64,000 nt of DNA, taken from assembly GCA_046309815.1 (NCBI GenBank), contig JBKCOJ010000008.1:63856-127855 (forward strand). Reading direction: 5' to 3'. Below the pieces are notes generated by a model. It saw only the letters and a list, made by a program, of their open reading frames with translations. It did no database searches and had not been told where the DNA came from. Of the stretch, positions 46,327 to 56,974 are shown in pieces; the stretch's first letter is position 1, and every line of letters begins with the position of its first letter. The position numbers and the translations under genes are program-made. This stretch comes from Pseudomonadota bacterium. Lineage in GTDB: Bacteria; Pseudomonadota; Alphaproteobacteria; Paracaedibacterales; CAITNM01.

Positions 46327-46944
46327 ATGACCCAAAGCTTAAATCATATTCTTAAAGGCTATAAAGCCTTTCGTGAAAAGTACGTGGATGGAGATACATC
46401 CATTATGCAATATCTTTCGCAGTATGGGCAAAAGCCCGAGATGATGGTGGTTGCGTGTTGTGATTCTAGAGTGGATCCTGCCCTTATTTTACAGTGTGAT
46501 CCAGGTGATTTATTTATTGTGCGCAATGTGGCGAATATTGTGCCTCCTTATGAAAAAGATGAAATGCACCACGGCACAAGTGCAGCATTAGAATTTGGTA
46601 TTAATTTTTTAAAAGTGAATCATCTTGTTTTATTGGGACATAGCCAATGCGGTGGTGTTAATGCGTTGATGCATGGTACTGGTTCTAATCAAGATGATTT
46701 TATTTCGAATTGGGTATCGTTAATTAAAACAGACTGTATCCACGATCATGATCACGTGGATGACTATGCAAAATTGGCGCTTAAGCATTCCTATAAAAAT
46801 TGTCTAACTTTCCCATGGATTAAAGAAAAAATTGCTAGTGAAGAGCTTTTTGTGCACTTATGGTTTTTCGATATTAAGACAGGGCAGATTTTTGCGTATG
46901 ATAAGCAAAGTGATGCTTATGAGCCGCTTGAGGTGGAGAATTAA
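46327..46944 (+). CDS. Beta-class carbonic anhydrase
   Basis: Zn-ligand motifs CCDSRVDP and GHSQCGG. 205 aa. Confidence 0.9.
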   Translation: MTQSLNHILKGYKAFREKYVDGDTSIMQYLSQYGQKPEMMVVACCDSRVDPALILQCDPGDLFIVRNVANIVPPYEKDEMHHGTSAALEFGINFLKVNHLVLLGHSQCGGVNALMHGTGSNQDDFISNWVSLIKTDCIHDHDHVDDYAKLALKHSYKNCLTFPWIKEKIASEELFVHLWFFDIKTGQIFAYDKQSDAYEPLEVEN

Positions 46945-47035
46945 GGAATAGCGAAGCCTGTTTTGTTTCTAAAGAAAGTTGACTGATGTTTTGATTTTTG
47001 AGGAAAATATTAAATATATATAAAAGGGAATAAAC

Positions 47036-47620
47036 ATGGAAAAATCTTTCTTAAAATGGAGACGAATATTCCTTATTAGTGGCTTATTTTTTGTTGATCT
47101 GCGCAACTCGTTTATAACGGGTGCTTTGGATGAGCAAGTGTCTGTAGTTAATCTTTATGAGCTTTGTTCTAGAGACTATGCTGGGCAACGTTGTCTTTTG
47201 CCTGTAGCTCAATATTGGTGGGGAAATACACTAAATGTTTCTAATAAATTTATGTGCACTGATCCATTTGATATTTGGGTTGAAAACAATACAATTTATC
47301 TTTCACTTGCAGGTCCTTCCATCCTAACTAGTGATAGGGGTATTACTATGCTTCCTAAAAGGGGATACGCTTTCACAGAACGCACTGTGCAATTTTTTGA
47401 TAATAATATACCTAAACCAGAGGGGATAAAAATTTTCAAAGCTCCTTGTGGGTTTCAAGAATTAAGAAAGGGTATACTATTTTTAGAAGCAGGAGAGTCG
47501 TATCCAAAAATCTTATGTTTTGATGGTACAATCTCCGAAAATTTAACTGTTACCAAAGATTTTTGGCGTCTTTGGCGTGGTTTGAAACATTCTGACCGGT
47601 TAATACCAAGAGAAAATTAG
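47036..47620 (+). CDS. Hypothetical protein
   Basis: 194-aa ORF with a hydrophobic N-terminal segment. No family recognised. Confidence 0.45.
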   Translation: MEKSFLKWRRIFLISGLFFVDLRNSFITGALDEQVSVVNLYELCSRDYAGQRCLLPVAQYWWGNTLNVSNKFMCTDPFDIWVENNTIYLSLAGPSILTSDRGITMLPKRGYAFTERTVQFFDNNIPKPEGIKIFKAPCGFQELRKGILFLEAGESYPKILCFDGTISENLTVTKDFWRLWRGLKHSDRLIPREN

Positions 47621-47675
47621 CCTTGGCAATAAGATTCCGTGGTTGAATTTTTTAGGCATGAATTGAGCAAAATTT

Positions 47676-48389
47676 CTAATACATTCCGCCATTTACGTGT
47701 AGCGTAGAGCCGGTAATATAACTGGCTTTATCGCTTAAAAGAAAAGCAACGCATTCGGCGATTTCTTCAGGAGTTCCTAGGCGTTTGGCGGGAATAGAAT
47801 CAACAATTTTTTCCAGGATAGATTGGTCAATATCAGCAACCATGTCGGTGTTGTTATATCCCGGAGCTATTGCATTAACGGTAATATTTTTGTTGGCATT
47901 TTCTAAGGCTAGTGCCTTTACAAAACCAATGAGTCCTGCCTTTGATGCGCAGTAATTTGTTTGTCCAATTTGGCCCTTTAATGCATTTACAGAGGTTAGA
48001 TACACAAGCCGCCCAAAGCTGCGTTCGCGCATTCCTTGAATTAGGGGATGTGTTACTTGAAAGCATGACATCAGATTGGTTTGAATAACTTTTTGCCAGT
48101 TCTCTAGCGACATTTTGTGAAAGAACCCATCGCTGGTAATGCCCGCGTTGTGCACAAGGCAATCAATCGCGCCATGTTGTGCAAGAATTTTTGTGATAGC
48201 TTCTTGAGTTTGCTGGGAATTTGCTAAATCAAAACTGTAAAAAGGAATGGAGTGCGTTTTTGAAAAATCTTCGGCTTGTTGATGATTATTCTTGTAGGTG
48301 CCGATAACATCGTATCCGAGTTTTTTTAAGGATAAACATATTGCTGCGCCAATACCGCGATTACCACCTGTTACTAATACTTGTCGCAT
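47676..48389 (-). CDS. Short-chain dehydrogenase/reductase (acetoacetyl-CoA / 3-oxoacyl-ACP reductase type)
   Basis: VTGGNRGIG cofactor motif and the catalytic YCASKAG. 237 aa. Confidence 0.85.
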   Translation of the reverse strand: MRQVLVTGGNRGIGAAICLSLKKLGYDVIGTYKNNHQQAEDFSKTHSIPFYSFDLANSQQTQEAITKILAQHGAIDCLVHNAGITSDGFFHKMSLENWQKVIQTNLMSCFQVTHPLIQGMRERSFGRLVYLTSVNALKGQIGQTNYCASKAGLIGFVKALALENANKNITVNAIAPGYNNTDMVADIDQSILEKIVDSIPAKRLGTPEEIAECVAFLLSDKASYITGSTLHVNGGMY

Positions 48390-48471
48390 CTAATAAATTT
48401 TATTAAATTATTACATTTAAGTATAAATAAAATTAAGAAAATCGCAAAGAAAGATTGACACCCCATAGGCA

Positions 48472-50727
48472 ATGTTTGAAAAAATGGGCACTATAGCAAA
48501 AAAAGACGTCGGCAATTTTTTGCTTAAAATATTTTTATGGTTATTTGTATTAAGCTTAAATGCTTTTGCTTCAGAGCCTTTGCATGTGCGAGGGGATTCT
48601 GCAAGTTGGAATCATCAAACCCAAGATTTGTGGATTAAGGGCCATGTGTCCATTTTGCAGTCTGTGAATGATGGGAAACAGCGTCGCTTGACTTGCGATA
48701 TGCTGCATTACAATAAAGTAACGGATAAAATTACAGCTTATGGTGGGGTTGAATTAACAGAGCCAGATGGAGATGTGTTGACGGCAGATCATCTTGAATT
48801 AGATTCTGACTTAAACACAGGGCTGCTTGAAGGAATGCGCGTTTTTACAAAAGATGCGGCGCGTTTGAGTGCTAAGTCAGCAACTCGAATAGAAGGCATG
48901 AAAACAATTTTTTTGGATGCGGATTATTCGCCATGCAAGGAGTGCGCCGAAGGGCCAGTAACATGGAAATTAGAAGCAAAAAGTGTTGAGCATAATCAAG
49001 AAGAAAAACTCATAAAATATAAGCATGTCTATCTTGTTTTTAAGGGTGTGAAAATGTTTTATATGCCGTATTTTTCTCATCCAGATCCTTCAGTTAAGCA
49101 AAAAAATGGGTTGTTAGCTCCATCTATTGGCATGAGCAAAGCGCTCGGTTTTTCGATGTCGTTGCCGTATTTATTTGCTGCAAAAGATCAAGATTTAACT
49201 ATTACGCCTATATTGATGGCAAAGCAAAATCCTTTATTGGCTGCCGAATATAGGAAGCGTTTTCGTGATGGAGAAATGACTTTTGGTGGAAGTCACACGC
49301 GCATGCGTCATAATCGTAAGCTTTACACGCAAATTCCGAGGAAAGATCGTTGGAATATCTCAAGCTCGCTTTACTGGCATATGACGGACCGAAATCGTTT
49401 AATAATGGATTTGAATCGTGCGAGTGATACAACGTATTTATCAAAATATCGACTTAATAAGCAATCTAGTACGTTTAGCGGCCAGAAGAATCTTGTGTCC
49501 ACTGTTAATTATGAACATTTTGGTGATTCGGGATATGGCACGATACGAGGGCAAGCGTTTCAAACGGATACACCGCTTACAACACCAGTTGTTCTTCCTT
49601 ATGCGCGTTATCGCTTGCAAACATCGCAGTTTAGTAACGGTAGTTATGTAGTTTGGGATTCTAATTTCTTGAGTATTTTTAGAAGGCGTCCAGTTTTAGA
49701 CGAGACTGGAAAGCAGACTTTTAGAGCATCAAGCGGCGCTTCTTGGCATCTGCCTTATACCACCTCAAACGGACACATTTTTAAAACAGTGTTGTCAACG
49801 CGGGGTGATGCTTATATGTCGCAGCGCTATAATCCAGATCAGCCAACTATAGCAGCGCAAAAAAAATACGATAATCACGTGGAAGGAAGAGTATTTCCAC
49901 AAGCATCTGTTGATTGGCGCTATCCCCTTTTATCAACGTACGATCGGGTGAATTGGGTGTTGGAACCTCGTGGTTTAATAGCACTAGCGCCTAATAAGCT
50001 TAATCGAAAAAGGTTGCCCAACGAAGATTCGAGGATGTTCACTCTTGATGACACGGCTATCTTTTTGCCAAATCGATTTGATGGAATAGACCTTGTTGAT
50101 GAAGGACAACGTGGCGTGCTGGGCGTGGATAATCACATGCGCTGGGGAAGGCAACAGCGCGCATCTTTTTTCATGGGGCAAAGTTATCGATTTGACCACA
50201 AGGATATTGTCGGCAAAAATCAAGGGGAAGGGCGTCTTGCTTCTGACTATATTTCGCGCGTGTTGTACCAACCGAATGAATGGTGGGTGATTTTTGTGCG
50301 CGGGTCATTTTTAAGAAAAAATATGCGCTCACGTTTTACTGAATGTGGAGCGAGTTTTGGTAAGCCTATCTTAAAATTAGATACATCTTATGTGCATGCA
50401 CGGCGCGGTTTGAACGGGGCAGGTGCGATGATTTCGCAAATGAACTGGCAGGTGAGTTCTGAGCTAAATGAAAACTGGAAAGTTTCCGTGGCGCAGATTC
50501 GTAACTTGAAGCATTTTCAGCGTGGAGTATTGGCGTCATTCGTAGGGCTTACGTATCAGGATGATTGTTTTGAATCGAAATTTAGTGTGTATCGAAGCAA
50601 TTATAGGGACCGCGATTTAAAGCCAGATATGGGATTTTTCTTGCAGTTTAGTTTGAAAAATCTTGGTAGCTTCACGCCGTCATCGGCCCCTACGTATCCA
50701 GGGTCTATTTTAACGAATTTGAGGTAG
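48472..50727 (+). CDS. lptD: LPS-assembly outer-membrane protein LptD
   Basis: 751 aa. Signal peptide, an OstA-like N-terminal domain (LHYNKVTDKITAYGGVELTEPDGDVLTADHLELD) and a large C-terminal beta-barrel. Confidence 0.85.
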   Translation: MFEKMGTIAKKDVGNFLLKIFLWLFVLSLNAFASEPLHVRGDSASWNHQTQDLWIKGHVSILQSVNDGKQRRLTCDMLHYNKVTDKITAYGGVELTEPDGDVLTADHLELDSDLNTGLLEGMRVFTKDAARLSAKSATRIEGMKTIFLDADYSPCKECAEGPVTWKLEAKSVEHNQEEKLIKYKHVYLVFKGVKMFYMPYFSHPDPSVKQKNGLLAPSIGMSKALGFSMSLPYLFAAKDQDLTITPILMAKQNPLLAAEYRKRFRDGEMTFGGSHTRMRHNRKLYTQIPRKDRWNISSSLYWHMTDRNRLIMDLNRASDTTYLSKYRLNKQSSTFSGQKNLVSTVNYEHFGDSGYGTIRGQAFQTDTPLTTPVVLPYARYRLQTSQFSNGSYVVWDSNFLSIFRRRPVLDETGKQTFRASSGASWHLPYTTSNGHIFKTVLSTRGDAYMSQRYNPDQPTIAAQKKYDNHVEGRVFPQASVDWRYPLLSTYDRVNWVLEPRGLIALAPNKLNRKRLPNEDSRMFTLDDTAIFLPNRFDGIDLVDEGQRGVLGVDNHMRWGRQQRASFFMGQSYRFDHKDIVGKNQGEGRLASDYISRVLYQPNEWWVIFVRGSFLRKNMRSRFTECGASFGKPILKLDTSYVHARRGLNGAGAMISQMNWQVSSELNENWKVSVAQIRNLKHFQRGVLASFVGLTYQDDCFESKFSVYRSNYRDRDLKPDMGFFLQFSLKNLGSFTPSSAPTYPGSILTNLR

Positions 50728-50808
50728 ACTTATCTATCTTTTATCCCTTCATCCTGCAAAAACTCAGCAGAGATAACGTTTGAAAGATATTAATTTATCT
50801 TTTCATCG

Positions 50809-51255
50809 TTATGCTTTTTGCTGTTCTAACCATTTTTTATGACGCTTTTCGTCCTCAAAACTTTGTTGAAGGACATCAATAGCATCATCCCATATGTCGG
50901 TACGCTCATTCATCTTTTTATATGCAGTATTCGTATCTTCTTCATTGCTCAGCATCGCCGACAAGATTGCTTCATCTCCCATTAAATTAGCTAGTACGAC
51001 TTTTCCTTTTGTTAACAATCCTTTTGGGGTATCTGAAAGCTTTGGCACTTCATAATCATGTTTTTGTAAAAGCTTAGAAAGTTGTTTGATGTGGTGCAAA
51101 TGATCGTTCTTAAACTCTTTTAAGTGTTCTTTATAGAGATCTTTCTCTATCTTAGAAATAGCCAGTTCATAAGCTTCTACCGCAGCATATTCTAATTCCA
51201 ATAATTCCAACATGCTGTTGCCAAAATCTTTTTGTGTTCCAACCATAGTAACCAT
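50809..51255 (-). CDS. Ferritin-like four-helix-bundle protein (DUF2383/PA2169-like)
   Basis: 148 aa. LLELEYAAVEAYELAI and DHLHHIKQL helices are typical of this family. Confidence 0.55.
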   Translation of the reverse strand: MVTMVGTQKDFGNSMLELLELEYAAVEAYELAISKIEKDLYKEHLKEFKNDHLHHIKQLSKLLQKHDYEVPKLSDTPKGLLTKGKVVLANLMGDEAILSAMLSNEEDTNTAYKKMNERTDIWDDAIDVLQQSFEDEKRHKKWLEQQKA

Positions 51256-51402
51256 AGATACCCCCTCACTTAATTTGACTACAAACTAACTAATTTGATT
51301 TATGGTGACTAGGTGAAAATTAGGGATTATTTCATGTTGTAAGATAATGATGATTCATTTACTGTGTTATCACCTCAATTATAAAAATTAAGGGAGGGAG
51401 CC

Positions 51403-51687
51403 ATGGGCATACAAGATATTCCACAAAAAATAATAGAAAAACGAGGCTCTTTTAATGAGTCACAATTAGCAACTGCGCTTGAACTTACTAAGCTTGTTTG
51501 TCAGTCTACAAAATCTGCTGATACGCAGGATAAGGTAATGAATATTTTTTTCTTTTTTTACAATAATATTAAAGAAATTACGCCGCCACCTTTAGATAAA
51601 AAAATTAATAAAAAATACTTAGTGATAATAATATCCATTTTTACAGTGATGGTGTGCATAGCGGCCTATTATTTTTTGCTGCATTGA
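51403..51687 (+). CDS. Hypothetical tail-anchored membrane protein
   Basis: 94 aa with a C-terminal TM segment LVIIISIFTVMVCIAAYYFLL. Confidence 0.35.
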   Translation: MGIQDIPQKIIEKRGSFNESQLATALELTKLVCQSTKSADTQDKVMNIFFFFYNNIKEITPPPLDKKINKKYLVIIISIFTVMVCIAAYYFLLH

Positions 51688-51699
51688 AATGAATGATAT

Positions 51700-54600
51700 T
51701 CACTCTTCGCACCAGGTTATGAGTTGGTGGTATATATGGGTATTGATGGCTTTTTTACCCAAGCTGATGGTGGCTGGAATGCCGATGGACTCTTTAGAAA
51801 ATTCAAGAATTACTTCGCAGGTCCCAGCTGGAAGAGCTTGAATTTCTTGAAGTAGTCCTTTGATGGGTTTGTTTGCGGAAATTTTTAAATTGATAGATGT
51901 AAAAGGTTGTAAGTCGTCAAGTTTATAAATTTTATTAGCGGTTAAGCGTATTTGCTCGGCATCTTTTTTGATGCCAATTTCTAGCACAAGGAGCGTGCCT
52001 TCTATTAGGAATTCTAGTGATTGGGAATATACTTCGCTAAATAGCGTGACTTCAAAGGTACCCTCTTGATCAGACATGCTGAGAAACGCATATTTTTGCC
52101 CTGTTTTTCCAGTTCGAACTGTCATGCTAAGCAAGACGCCCGCTATACGAATGGCATTAGAAGATGTGCTCGCAAAAGCGGATGAAGGAGTTAGATGAAG
52201 CTGATCAAGCTGGTGTTTATAAGCATTGAGAGGATGATCCGAAAGGTAAAATCCGAGAGCTTCAAATTCTTTTTGCAAAGATGTTAAGCCATCCCAAGCA
52301 GGCATATCAGGTAGTTTGAATGCAACGCCATGATCAATATCACCCCCAAATAAACTTTTCTGGGTGCTTTTAGCAGCCTCTGCTTTTTTTGAAGCGATGT
52401 AGCTGATATGTTCTATAGCTTCAAAAAGTGCTCTTCTATTAGGTTCTAGGCAGTCAAATGCTCCAGCCTGGATTAGATTTTCGAGAAGACGTTTGTTTAA
52501 ATATTTTGCATCAACGCGCTCGATGAAATTTGTCATATTTGTAAAACATAGGTTACCGCGTACTTCGGCAATGGCATTAATCGCTTGTTCACCAACATTT
52601 TTAATGGCACTTAAGCCAAAACGCACTGCATCTCCTTCAGCAGTGAACTGAGCAAAAGAATGATTAATATCGGGCGGTAACAATACCAATCCCATGCGGT
52701 CCATATCTTGTTTGTACGCATTAATTTTGTCGGTATTGTGCATGTCAGCACTCATGGATGCAGCAAAGAAAGCTGTTGGAAAGTTAGCTTTGAGATATGC
52801 CGTTTGATAGGCCAAAAGGGCATAAGGGGCAGAGTGTGATTTGTTGAATCCATACCCTGCGAACTTAGCCATTTGATCAAAGAGTGTCGTGGCTATTCCC
52901 GGGGTGATGCCTTTTTCAATGGCGCCACTTGTAAATTTTTCGCGCTGCGCATCCATTTCTGCTTTGATTTTTTTACCCATGGCGCGACGAAGCATGTCAG
53001 CGGCACCCAGAGTATATCCACCAATTACCTGAGCTATTTGCATAACCTGCTCCTGGTAGACCATAACGCCGTATGTAGGGGCAAGGATAGATTCAAGCTC
53101 AGGTGCCAAGAATACAACAGGTTCTTGACCATGCTTACAGGCAAGATATCTTGGAATATCATCCATTGGGCCTGGACGATATAGAGCAACAAGGGCGATG
53201 AGATCTTCAAAGCGATCAGGGCGAAGCTTACGTAACACATCACGCATACCGGCACTTTCCAGCTGGAAGATGCCGACAACATTAACGTTGCATAACAGCT
53301 CAAACGTTTTTTTATCATCGAGAGGAATAGATTGAATTGTAAAATCAGCAAAAATGGGATTTGATGCACGAACAATTTGACACGCATGTTCGATAATGCT
53401 GAGGGTTTTGAGGCCTAAGAAATCGAATTTTACAAGTCCTGCTAATTCAACGTATTTCATGCTGAATTGCGTTGCGGGCAGGCTAGAGCTTTCATCTTTG
53501 AAAAGAGGAACGAGTTCAGTTAAAGGTCGGTCTCCAATAACGACGCCTGCTGCATGGGTTGAGGCATGTCGGTATAAACCTTCAAGTTTTTTGCCGATTT
53601 CAACCATTTTTGCAACCGTATCATCTTCATCGCATGCTTGGCGAATGGCTGGTTCTATCTCAATTGCTTGCTCTAGAGTAACAGGGTTAGCTGGGTTATT
53701 AGGAACGAGCTTGCAGATGCGATCAACAACGGGATAAGGGATTTGTAATACCCGTCCGACATCGCGAAGCACAGCTCGTGCTTGAAGTTTACCAAAGGTG
53801 ATAATGTGTGCAACTTTGTCGCTGCCGTATTTTTGCTGCACATATTGTAATACCTCGTCGCGACGATCTTGGCAGAAGTCGATATCAAAGTCCGGCATGG
53901 AAACGCGTTCTGGATTTAAAAAGCGTTCAAAAATTAGGGTGAATCGAATGGGATCCATATCCGTGATGGTAAGCGACCATGCAACTAAGGAACCAGCTCC
54001 TGATCCACGACCTGGTCCTACAGGAATTTTTTGAGATTTAGCCCATTTGATGAAATCAGCAACAATTAAAAAATAGCCACAAAAGCCCATGTGCTTGATG
54101 ATGCCTATCTCATAATTGAGGCGCTCTTGGTATTGCTGGCGGATTTGTGAGTGAGAGTTTTCTTCAAAGCGCGAGAAGACCTCTTTTTGCAGGCGCTTTT
54201 CTAGACCTTCTTGGGCTTGAACGAGCAGTTCCTCTTCTTCGCTGCGCCCATTGTCGCTATCAAAATGAGGGAGGATAGGATCATGAACGGTTGGCATGAA
54301 GCGACAGCGTTTGGCAATAGCGACAGTATTTTGAATAGCTTCAGGGAGATCTTTAAATAGCGCTACCATTTCGTCGGAGCTTTTGAAATAGTGATGAGGA
54401 GTTACTGTACGGCGATCATCCTGGGTAACGTAGGTACTGTTTGCAATGCAAAGGAGGGCATCGTGAGCTTCAAAGTAGCTAGGATCAGAAAAATAGGCAT
54501 TGTTGGTTGCAACAAGTGGAATATTGTGTTCGTATGCTTTTTCAATAAAAGTACTCTCCAATACTTGCTCATTATTAGTGCCATGACGTTGAAGTTCTAT

Positions 54601-55116
54601 GTAAAGGCTATCTGCGAAAAGTGTTTTGAGTTGTATCAAGAAGTCATTGGCCTCGTCAGTTACTTTTTGATCTTTTGCATCATTTTGTAAGGATATTGAT
54701 AAAAGTTGTCCCCAAACACCTTCCACGCCCCCTGTTAAGGCAATAAGACCTTTTGTGCGGTCTTTTAGATAATCAAAGGGAACGCACAAAGAGTCGTGGT
54801 TGGGTGTTGGGTTTAAATAAAGAAAGCTGACGAGATCAAGCAGGTTCTTGTATCCTTCTTTTGAGGCGACAAGAAGTACCAAAGGACCGGTTATATTATT
54901 AATTTTAATGTTGAGCTCACAGCCTGTAATGGGCTGTATACCAGAGCTTGCGCATAGCATGGCAATTTCAAGGGCGCCAAAAAGGTTGTTAGTATCCGTA
55001 ATAGCAACAGCAGGCTGATCAAATTTTTGGCAAAGTTTGGGTATAGACTGAATTTTTATAGCGCCTTCTGCTAGAGAATAGGCGCTATGTACGCGTAAAT
55101 GAATGAATTCGGCCAT
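51700..55116 (-). CDS. dnaE: DNA polymerase III alpha subunit
   Basis: 1138 aa. PHP domain start FIHLRVHSAYSLAEGA, the polymerase core (PDFDIDF), HhH and OB regions. Confidence 0.95.
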   Translation of the reverse strand: MAEFIHLRVHSAYSLAEGAIKIQSIPKLCQKFDQPAVAITDTNNLFGALEIAMLCASSGIQPITGCELNIKINNITGPLVLLVASKEGYKNLLDLVSFLYLNPTPNHDSLCVPFDYLKDRTKGLIALTGGVEGVWGQLLSISLQNDAKDQKVTDEANDFLIQLKTLFADSLYIELQRHGTNNEQVLESTFIEKAYEHNIPLVATNNAYFSDPSYFEAHDALLCIANSTYVTQDDRRTVTPHHYFKSSDEMVALFKDLPEAIQNTVAIAKRCRFMPTVHDPILPHFDSDNGRSEEEELLVQAQEGLEKRLQKEVFSRFEENSHSQIRQQYQERLNYEIGIIKHMGFCGYFLIVADFIKWAKSQKIPVGPGRGSGAGSLVAWSLTITDMDPIRFTLIFERFLNPERVSMPDFDIDFCQDRRDEVLQYVQQKYGSDKVAHIITFGKLQARAVLRDVGRVLQIPYPVVDRICKLVPNNPANPVTLEQAIEIEPAIRQACDEDDTVAKMVEIGKKLEGLYRHASTHAAGVVIGDRPLTELVPLFKDESSSLPATQFSMKYVELAGLVKFDFLGLKTLSIIEHACQIVRASNPIFADFTIQSIPLDDKKTFELLCNVNVVGIFQLESAGMRDVLRKLRPDRFEDLIALVALYRPGPMDDIPRYLACKHGQEPVVFLAPELESILAPTYGVMVYQEQVMQIAQVIGGYTLGAADMLRRAMGKKIKAEMDAQREKFTSGAIEKGITPGIATTLFDQMAKFAGYGFNKSHSAPYALLAYQTAYLKANFPTAFFAASMSADMHNTDKINAYKQDMDRMGLVLLPPDINHSFAQFTAEGDAVRFGLSAIKNVGEQAINAIAEVRGNLCFTNMTNFIERVDAKYLNKRLLENLIQAGAFDCLEPNRRALFEAIEHISYIASKKAEAAKSTQKSLFGGDIDHGVAFKLPDMPAWDGLTSLQKEFEALGFYLSDHPLNAYKHQLDQLHLTPSSAFASTSSNAIRIAGVLLSMTVRTGKTGQKYAFLSMSDQEGTFEVTLFSEVYSQSLEFLIEGTLLVLEIGIKKDAEQIRLTANKIYKLDDLQPFTSINLKISANKPIKGLLQEIQALPAGTCEVILEFSKESIGIPATISLGKKAINTHIYHQLITWCEE

Positions 55117-55198
55117 GCGATGCTAGTAAATAATAGTATCCATAATGTGCCGAACTCAGGAATTGTTTTCAAGAGTTTCTAGCTTTAAAGGATAAACT

Positions 55199-55651
55199 TT
55201 AGCGCTTATCCTTAGCTGAAACATCATTCCAAAAACGTTCTAATTTTTGTAAAGAACTTCCCAACAAGGCCAAGGTTTCTTTTCCTTCTTTTTTATTCAA
55301 GCCTTCTGCGTGACTTTGGAAAATTCTGTCAAATTTTTTGTAAAGTTCCAATCCTTTTGGAGATAGCTTTACATGACAAGAACGGCGATCATGCGGAGTT
55401 GGAATTTGAAGAATGTATTCATTTTGAACCATTTTGCGTAGGTTGTATGACACATTCGAGCCAAGATAATAGCCTCTGTTTGTTAGTTCACCTATGGTCA
55501 ATTGATTAGGTCCAATGTTACATAACACAATTGTTTGTACGTTGTTTATATCAAAGATGCCTAAGTGATCTAATTCTGCTTTTACCACATCTAAAAACAA
55601 GCGGTGAAGGCGCTCTAAAGATTGGACTGAGTTAAAATATTCTTCTTTCAT
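55199..55651 (-). CDS. MarR-family transcriptional regulator
   Basis: 150 aa with a winged-HTH layout (LTIGELTNRGYYLGSNVSYNLRKMVQNEYI...DRRSCHVKLSPKG). Confidence 0.8.
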   Translation of the reverse strand: MKEEYFNSVQSLERLHRLFLDVVKAELDHLGIFDINNVQTIVLCNIGPNQLTIGELTNRGYYLGSNVSYNLRKMVQNEYILQIPTPHDRRSCHVKLSPKGLELYKKFDRIFQSHAEGLNKKEGKETLALLGSSLQKLERFWNDVSAKDKR

Positions 55652-55909
55652 CGTACTACATGCACTTATCGATATTGATTCGACTATACGACTAAATAGT
55701 TAAAATTAAATTAATATACTGTACAAAAAATAGCAAAATATTTGATCAATGCTTTATTTTTTGTTTTTTTAATAAATATATCAGTAATTTAAAAGTATTA
55801 AGTTTTTTATAGCGCTACTGCTTGACACAGTACTTAAGAATTACATTACAGAGATGGTATTATTTATAAAAACTAGAAGAAGGTCTAAATGAAGATACAT
55901 AATAAATTG

Positions 55910-56803
55910 CTAATTTTTAATTATTTTTTGCAAATTTTGTATGAATAAAGGTGCAATATTTAATATTTCGAATTTACTGGGGAGATTTTCATGAGTGATG
56001 CTATTTGTAATGGTGATTTTTTTAAGTGGCGAGTTTTCCAAATCAGAAGCTGCTTGTCCTGAGAGTACAGCGTGGCTTGCAAAGGCTTCAACTGATAAGG
56101 CTCCGCATTGCACCAAGAGATCTGTGGCTTTACATAAAGTTTTCCCGGTATCGATAATATCATCAATAATGATACAGTGATGATTTGAAACATTACCTGT
56201 TATTTTGTCCATTTGACATATATTAGGGGCTTGCCTGGTTTTATTAATGACCGCTAAGTCTGTTTTGAGTAATTCACTTAATTTGCGTGCTCGTGTAGTG
56301 CCTCCACTATCTGGTGAAACAATCACAATATTTGAGCGGTTCTTAAGTGGCTCAATGAAAAGGGCGGTTGCGTCTATGTTTTTTATGTTTATTTTAAAGA
56401 ACTCTTCTGAATGTTGTGAATGAAGATCAAGTGTTATTACATGATGAGCTCCTGTTGCTTCAAGAAGAGTTGCAACTAGACGAGCTGAGACAGGACCAAA
56501 AGGGTATGAGGGCTTATCTTGGCGGCTATACCCAAAATACGGAATGAGAGCGGTAATACAATTTGCTCCGGCATGCTTTGCTGCATCTATTAGCAATAAC
56601 AATTCGATTAGATTATCATTGGTGGGTTTTGATGTTGATTGCACAATGATTACGTCATCATCACGTATATTATCTATTATCTGTATTCGTAATTCGCCAT
56701 CTTGAAATCGTTTGATATGAGTTATTGTGGATTTGATATTAAGGTCTTTACTGAGCTGTTGTGCTAGTTTTGGATTGCTGGTGCCGGCGATAATTCGGGT
56801 CAT
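55910..56803 (-). CDS. prs: Ribose-phosphate pyrophosphokinase
   Basis: PRPP-binding loop CIIIDDIIDTGKT, plus GYSRQD and DLHS motifs. Confidence 0.9.
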   Translation of the reverse strand: MTRIIAGTSNPKLAQQLSKDLNIKSTITHIKRFQDGELRIQIIDNIRDDDVIIVQSTSKPTNDNLIELLLLIDAAKHAGANCITALIPYFGYSRQDKPSYPFGPVSARLVATLLEATGAHHVITLDLHSQHSEEFFKINIKNIDATALFIEPLKNRSNIVIVSPDSGGTTRARKLSELLKTDLAVINKTRQAPNICQMDKITGNVSNHHCIIIDDIIDTGKTLCKATDLLVQCGALSVEAFASHAVLSGQAASDLENSPLKKITITNSITHENLPSKFEILNIAPLFIQNLQKIIKN

Positions 56804-56974
56804 ACTATTTTCATCATTTATAAAGCTTTATTCCAAAAAATTATTTAGCTATAAACGGGAGTTCCATTTCTAGTTTGATAATAATAAAGCTAACAAGAAA
56901 TTAATATTTCAAGAAGAGGAATTTTCTAGTTTTGCAGCCCTGACAAGTTCAAAAAAATAGTTTATTATAGAATA